DNA of 64,000 nt from an uncultured archaeon (lineage in GTDB: Archaea > Asgardarchaeota > Lokiarchaeia > Sigyniarchaeales > SOKP01): contig CAZWEM010000004.1 of NCBI GenBank assembly GCA_964632315.1, positions 98,758 to 162,757 on the forward strand, given 5' to 3'. Both the position numbers and the translations under genes were made by a program. This document shows, one piece after another, positions 59,432 through 64,000 of this stretch. Numbering within the stretch: the stretch's first letter is position 1; the number at the start of each line of letters is the position of its first letter. Below the pieces are notes generated by a model. The model was not told the origin of the DNA. It was given only the letters and a program-made list of their open reading frames with translations, and did not search any database.

Positions 59432-61135
59432 ATGGGTAAAGATAAGAGCAAAAAGAAGAAAAAAAGGAAAGGAGATTATGGAAATACCTTTTCAGATTTA
59501 ATGAGTGGCAATTCTACCTCCACAACTGAAGCGACAAAGGATAAAAAAGGAAAAAAAGTTAAAGCTACTCCAGTAGCAGGGGTCTCCATTGGAAATCCAA
59601 TTGATCGATCCTCCGATAGATTATTTCTAGGAACTGATTACCGTGAAATTTACATTCCAGAAAGAAGTTGGGCAGAGATTTTAGGAGATGTTGAACATTG
59701 GACTCCTTTACCCTTTACTCATGGGATTGAAATGGAACTCATCATTGCAGATGATAATGGTGAATATCCTCCTGGAGATGAAATGGTCTTTCGAATGAAA
59801 GAAATTGTAAAGGACGCTATAAAAATCATGGATCAGATTCTTTATCAAGGTAGAAACGACTTTTTACCCGTTCCAGATTACATCCGTTCTAAAGTTACTG
59901 CTCGACCATTTGGTCGGGACGATCTAGAGAAAGGTTATGCAATGGATATTCGATATCGATTGCCTAATGGAGTGGAAGTCGATATCGATACGTTTGCTCG
60001 TGATGGAAATGTTACCGCTGTCACTTACATTTTGGAATTAGTAACCCCACCTTGTGAGTATGTTGAAGAATTAGCATACTGGGCCTCAACATTATTCCTT
60101 TTGGCTAAAAATACATTACCAAACGATCTTCATATCATTGCGTCAGCAATAAATCCAGCAGCTAAAAGTTACATGAGGGGCCTATCACAATCTGATCATC
60201 ACCATTTGGGCTCCTTTCAGTCAAATCTTGAGAAGGCTCAAGCATATTCACTACTTAGGAATTTTCTACCTCATATAATCGCATTAACTTGCAATTCTCC
60301 AATTATTAATGGTAAACCAACTGATGTCGTGAAAATTATTAATAATCGAATAACGTCTCCTAATTGCACGAGGTCTCTTCGTCTTAAAAATAACACTACA
60401 ATGCTGAGTAACAATGACCCAAAACACTTTATCCCTTATTTAACTGATACGAATGATGAGACTTTGGCGTACTTCCTCCAAACGGTACAGAAGGCAAGCG
60501 TTGAGGATGGTAGGTTTCAGGACATCTTCCCATTTACAGATTGGAATACCATAGAATGTCGGATAAGCGACGCGCAAATCTCTATTTGTCGTAGAATCGG
60601 AATTGGGCTCCTCATACAAACAATTTATTATAAAGCGAAAAAACTGCTTGAAAGAGGTGTCTGGGTACCCGATGCGGGCTCAGAAACGATATGCCTTAAT
60701 AGACAAGGCGCAATAGAACGAGGTCTAATCTCATTATTTCGAGTCGCTCCTAACTTGACGAGAGAGGCACTTGCTCAATATGATTCGGAATTCGCAACTC
60801 AATATTTGGGACCCCCAGAACAACCCGTAAGATATATGACGCAAGCTGTTCAGCGAATGTTCTTTTATCTGAAAGATGAACTAAAAGAACTAGGATTTCT
60901 TTACTCACCTTTTCTAAAACCAATACTGCAGTCAGTCTTTGGGAATATCAGCTATGCTGAACCTCCAATGACAGAAGCAGAATACCAACTGAGCTTGTAC
61001 CAATATAAGTTGGATCACAACGAAGATCCTAATATCCTATACGATTTGATCTATTTTACCATCGAATATTGTCAAGATCCAATCAATAACCCATTAACTG
61101 GAACGCTATGCCTTCCGAAAGAAATGAGAGATTAA
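59432..61135 (+). CDS. Glutamate-cysteine ligase family 2 (GCS2/YbdK-like) carboxylate-amine ligase with a basic disordered N-tail
   Basis: GIEMEL, ILELVTPP, HHHLG, NSP, TIECRISD. ATG 59432 is preferred over GTG 59420. Confidence 0.78.
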   Translation: MGKDKSKKKKKRKGDYGNTFSDLMSGNSTSTTEATKDKKGKKVKATPVAGVSIGNPIDRSSDRLFLGTDYREIYIPERSWAEILGDVEHWTPLPFTHGIEMELIIADDNGEYPPGDEMVFRMKEIVKDAIKIMDQILYQGRNDFLPVPDYIRSKVTARPFGRDDLEKGYAMDIRYRLPNGVEVDIDTFARDGNVTAVTYILELVTPPCEYVEELAYWASTLFLLAKNTLPNDLHIIASAINPAAKSYMRGLSQSDHHHLGSFQSNLEKAQAYSLLRNFLPHIIALTCNSPIINGKPTDVVKIINNRITSPNCTRSLRLKNNTTMLSNNDPKHFIPYLTDTNDETLAYFLQTVQKASVEDGRFQDIFPFTDWNTIECRISDAQISICRRIGIGLLIQTIYYKAKKLLERGVWVPDAGSETICLNRQGAIERGLISLFRVAPNLTREALAQYDSEFATQYLGPPEQPVRYMTQAVQRMFFYLKDELKELGFLYSPFLKPILQSVFGNISYAEPPMTEAEYQLSLYQYKLDHNEDPNILYDLIYFTIEYCQDPINNPLTGTLCLPKEMRD

Positions 61136-61223
61136 GAATTTAATTCTATTTCTTTCTCAATCTTGTTTTTACAACTATTGTACGGGTCTTAAGAGAAATT
61201 ACATTCTAATGCATGACTTTAAA

Positions 61224-62624
61224 TTAAAGATTAAGTTGAACCAACTTTTTACTATTCTCTTGAATTTGATCTTCACTTAGCGAATATAATTTCCAAAAGA
61301 GAATCGTTCCAATAAAGATGAAAAGCATCGGAAATAATGATAATTGGATTCTTAATCCAAGTAATGGTATGGCACCAGTAGCTCCCGAGTGATAGCCGAA
61401 AAATGTCCTGATGATCCAAAATACTAGTGCGTTAATGGCGATGCTGATTCGGTTAAAAAACACGTTAGTTCCATTGTATAATCCCTCCTTCCTCTTACCT
61501 GTACTAATGGCAGCATTATCAATTATGCTGGAAAATATTGGCATCGTCATACTAATGAGAGCTCCATCAGTCGCCCCAAAGCAGAGCATTATGATGATCA
61601 TCCACGGTAATCCAGCAGGACCGTGTGGAATGAAAAATACTGGCATGGCGATGAAAAACATTAATGTTCCCCCCAATATAACCACTCGCTTTATGCCAAT
61701 TTTAAGTGAAAGCTTGTACCATAAGAATGCCCCGGGAAATACTGCGATAACGTAAAAAATTATTATAAGCTCTCCCAAAACGGGCAATAATAGTATATCA
61801 TTCACCAACCAAGGGACAGATCCCATCACGATTCCCATTGTGGTTCCATAACATAAGTAGAAGATAATGTAGCCAAGCAAATTTTTATCCTTAATGGTTG
61901 TGAATAAACTCTTGAAAAATGATTCTCCTTTCATAGAGATGTTGAGTTGAGATCGTCTTTGTTTCATATCTTCATCTTCGCGAACCCCAGGGATCATTAA
62001 AAAAACTAATATGACGCCTATTGCAGAAATGACGATGGCTTGAATAATATATCCTTCCTCTGGACCTAAAATCTCTAATATAAGGATCGGAATGACAACG
62101 CCCAATATGACTCCTGTAGTCTCTAAAAATACGGTAATGAACCCCGTTATTTTTCGATCGTTTGGATCACGGAATTTATCGGGAAATAATGCAATCCGAT
62201 TCACGTCAAATAATGAAAATGCAGTATCATTAGCGCATTGTACCACCAAATACCATATGAAGAGACCTAATTGCCCAATTATCAAAGCTGAAGGAGCAAC
62301 AAAGAAAAAGAAGGGCATCAAGGCCCATGGAATCGCTCCCATCATGATGAACGGGAATCGTTTTCCCCACCGTTTAGTAAATCGCGAGGATCTATCACTA
62401 AAATATCCTAAAATTGGATCATTGAACATATTATAGAACGTGAAAATGATCAATGCGACCAAATATAATGTTGGAGTTAAATTTAAGACATCTAGATAAA
62501 AATTGGGCATTTGAATCGAATATAATTGACCAAACATCAATCCAATAAGATTTCCTAATTGAAACGATCCCATAATTCTCTTTGGATACCTTTTAATTGA
62601 TCTATTCCTATCTGATGACTGCAT
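61224..62624 (-). CDS. MFS GPH (MelB-like) transporter
   Basis: YNMFNDPILGYFSDRS..WGKR.P, TGKRKEGLY; ~12 TM helices. Confidence 0.9.
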   Translation of the reverse strand: MQSSDRNRSIKRYPKRIMGSFQLGNLIGLMFGQLYSIQMPNFYLDVLNLTPTLYLVALIIFTFYNMFNDPILGYFSDRSSRFTKRWGKRFPFIMMGAIPWALMPFFFFVAPSALIIGQLGLFIWYLVVQCANDTAFSLFDVNRIALFPDKFRDPNDRKITGFITVFLETTGVILGVVIPILILEILGPEEGYIIQAIVISAIGVILVFLMIPGVREDEDMKQRRSQLNISMKGESFFKSLFTTIKDKNLLGYIIFYLCYGTTMGIVMGSVPWLVNDILLLPVLGELIIIFYVIAVFPGAFLWYKLSLKIGIKRVVILGGTLMFFIAMPVFFIPHGPAGLPWMIIIMLCFGATDGALISMTMPIFSSIIDNAAISTGKRKEGLYNGTNVFFNRISIAINALVFWIIRTFFGYHSGATGAIPLLGLRIQLSLFPMLFIFIGTILFWKLYSLSEDQIQENSKKLVQLNL

Positions 62625-62767
62625 GGTATGAATTACTCTTCTTTTTTTTATTCCTTAATTTAAATTCTCTTAAGGTTATAAAAAGGTTTAGCTTTAATGA
62701 TTCATTTTTTAATGAGAAAATTGTTAAACTGGAACACATACTCTTCCAAAAGAGATGCCTGAATAAA

Positions 62768-63538
62768 TCATTTTGATGGTTTTATCTTCAGAACTGCTTC
62801 TCTTTCTGTTCCTTTTAGTTTGCGAATAGCATAAAGAGTTATCGTTGATGATACTCCCATTTTTCTCAAATTCTTTACATAAGATAAGACTTTTTGTTTA
62901 TTTTTTCCAACCATGTTATCTTTAAGTGCCCATCCAACCCCTTTTCTTACCAAATCTTCTTTATCCCAAACCAAGTTATCACATAGTTCTAAGAGAAAAT
63001 CAACATGGTCTCCTTCAGACCCCATTTTTCTTGTAAACGTGACCACGCTAACCCTTTTTTTCCAAATATAGTCTGAATTATTCCATTTTTTTAATAGCTC
63101 CTTTGTCTCGTTAGGATAGTTTCTTAATAATGGTTGCATGATATAAAGTGAATAAGAATCAGTTGGCCCCCAGTCTTTTAAATAATTAACGATCTCTTCT
63201 AAAAACTCGAAATTTTGAGGGGTCATCGATGGAATACTGAGTTCTAAAAGTTTTAATCCAAATATTGTTTGAGCAATATAATCAGAATTATAAAATTGCT
63301 TTGATAAACTAATCTTTTGTTTAAAGGAAAGTTCATGAAATTCTTGAGTAAATCTTTTGAGTATTTTTCTAATCTCTGAGACTGATAAACCGTAAGCCTT
63401 ATGTACAAGATTTTCATTATGCTTTTTTTCCCAATTAAAATATTCTTCTTTAGAATTAAATTTTTTTATAGCTTCTATCTCTAATTCTTTGGTGATTCGA
63501 TTATATAAATCTTGTATAACCATATTATTACTCTCCAA
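62768..63538 (-). CDS. DNA alkylation repair protein (AlkD-like HEAT-repeat glycosylase)
   Basis: YGLSV..IRKI, DW..TD, W.KR, EDLVRKGVGWALK. Confidence 0.85.
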   Translation of the reverse strand: MESNNMVIQDLYNRITKELEIEAIKKFNSKEEYFNWEKKHNENLVHKAYGLSVSEIRKILKRFTQEFHELSFKQKISLSKQFYNSDYIAQTIFGLKLLELSIPSMTPQNFEFLEEIVNYLKDWGPTDSYSLYIMQPLLRNYPNETKELLKKWNNSDYIWKKRVSVVTFTRKMGSEGDHVDFLLELCDNLVWDKEDLVRKGVGWALKDNMVGKNKQKVLSYVKNLRKMGVSSTITLYAIRKLKGTEREAVLKIKPSK

Positions 63539-63570
63539 ATTAAAGTAATAAAAATAAAAAAATAAATGAT

Positions 63571-63996
63571 TTATTTGTTTCGTTCAAAAAAAACGTAATA
63601 TATTAAGCGTATTAAAATCAAAATCAGTGCTATAAATTGATATGAAGTTGTAAGGAAAAGAATCATCGTATCTTGGGCGATGAATAAGGCAGAAATGAAT
63701 AAGGTGATGTATAAAAGAAGCAATAGAAATAACCAAAGGGCTATGATAATGTGTTCTTTCTTTAAACCATAACATATCCACACTGTCAAAGCACAAAATA
63801 CGAAAGGTAAAAAGAACATGTTCATGGGCGAGAAAAAGTAGAGAGGTGCCATAAATCCGATTAAGAAAAACACAATGATAGCTCCAAAGAGAAGAATGCT
63901 GGAGATAATCCGAATTATTTTTTGCCATAAAGGGAAATCGACTTTCCATTGAAATTTCTCATATAACTTAACCATAAAACTCCATCTATCACTCAT
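63571..63996 (-). CDS. Hypothetical 4-TM membrane protein
   Basis: 141-aa hydrophobic ORF. Confidence 0.6.
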   Translation of the reverse strand: MSDRWSFMVKLYEKFQWKVDFPLWQKIIRIISSILLFGAIIVFFLIGFMAPLYFFSPMNMFFLPFVFCALTVWICYGLKKEHIIIALWLFLLLLLYITLFISALFIAQDTMILFLTTSYQFIALILILIRLIYYVFFERNK

Positions 63997-64000
63997 TTTC

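Noticed and set aside
1153-63949. Short antisense or nested ORFs in the track (e.g. 1153-1413, 3675-4052, 5848-6168, 13067-13456, 55895-56275, 57684-58154, 61411-61755, 63584-63949)
   Set aside because: They are shadows of well-supported genes, with no motifs and the F/S/I/L-biased composition typical of reverse-frame reads.

Overview
This AT-rich (~30% GC), gene-dense window is archaeal chromosomal DNA, almost certainly from an Asgard archaeon of the Lokiarchaeia type. The evidence is a gelsolin-domain protein, 7TM-longin-like fusions, a Loki-CTERM-like anchor, a eukaryote-like SECIS-shaped hairpin and archaeal-type lipid genes. Main blocks: (1) a MoxR AAA+/VWA pair, DUF364, and an ECF transporter operon with several membrane-anchored sulfite-oxidase-fold (Moco-binding-like) proteins under two ModE-like boxes; (2) a kinase with two coiled-coil/winged-helix proteins, DUF166, a P1B ATPase, tRNA-Leu(CAG) and gelsolin; (3) two non-pyrrolysine MttB-family methyltransferases with a corrinoid protein and a PLP gamma-lyase; (4) orphan DNA methyltransferases, small paralogous ORFs, aSelBL, a phosphodiesterase and a GH38 mannosidase; (5) a 13-gene mevalonate/isoprenoid cluster; (6) a GCS2-like ligase, an MFS transporter and AlkD. 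The strongest signals are not visible in the ORF track: a 30-nt bulge-helix-bulge intron splitting the HWDREWY motif of the GH38 gene (38149-38178); a candidate new selenoprotein (in-frame UGA at 33118 plus a 3'-UTR SECIS-like hairpin at 34016-34058); a candidate -1 frameshift fusing MoxR to VWA (G_GAT_TTT at 2596-2590); and a candidate Mo/W-cofactor-scavenging ECF system. All calls come from reading the sequence by eye; no database searches were run.
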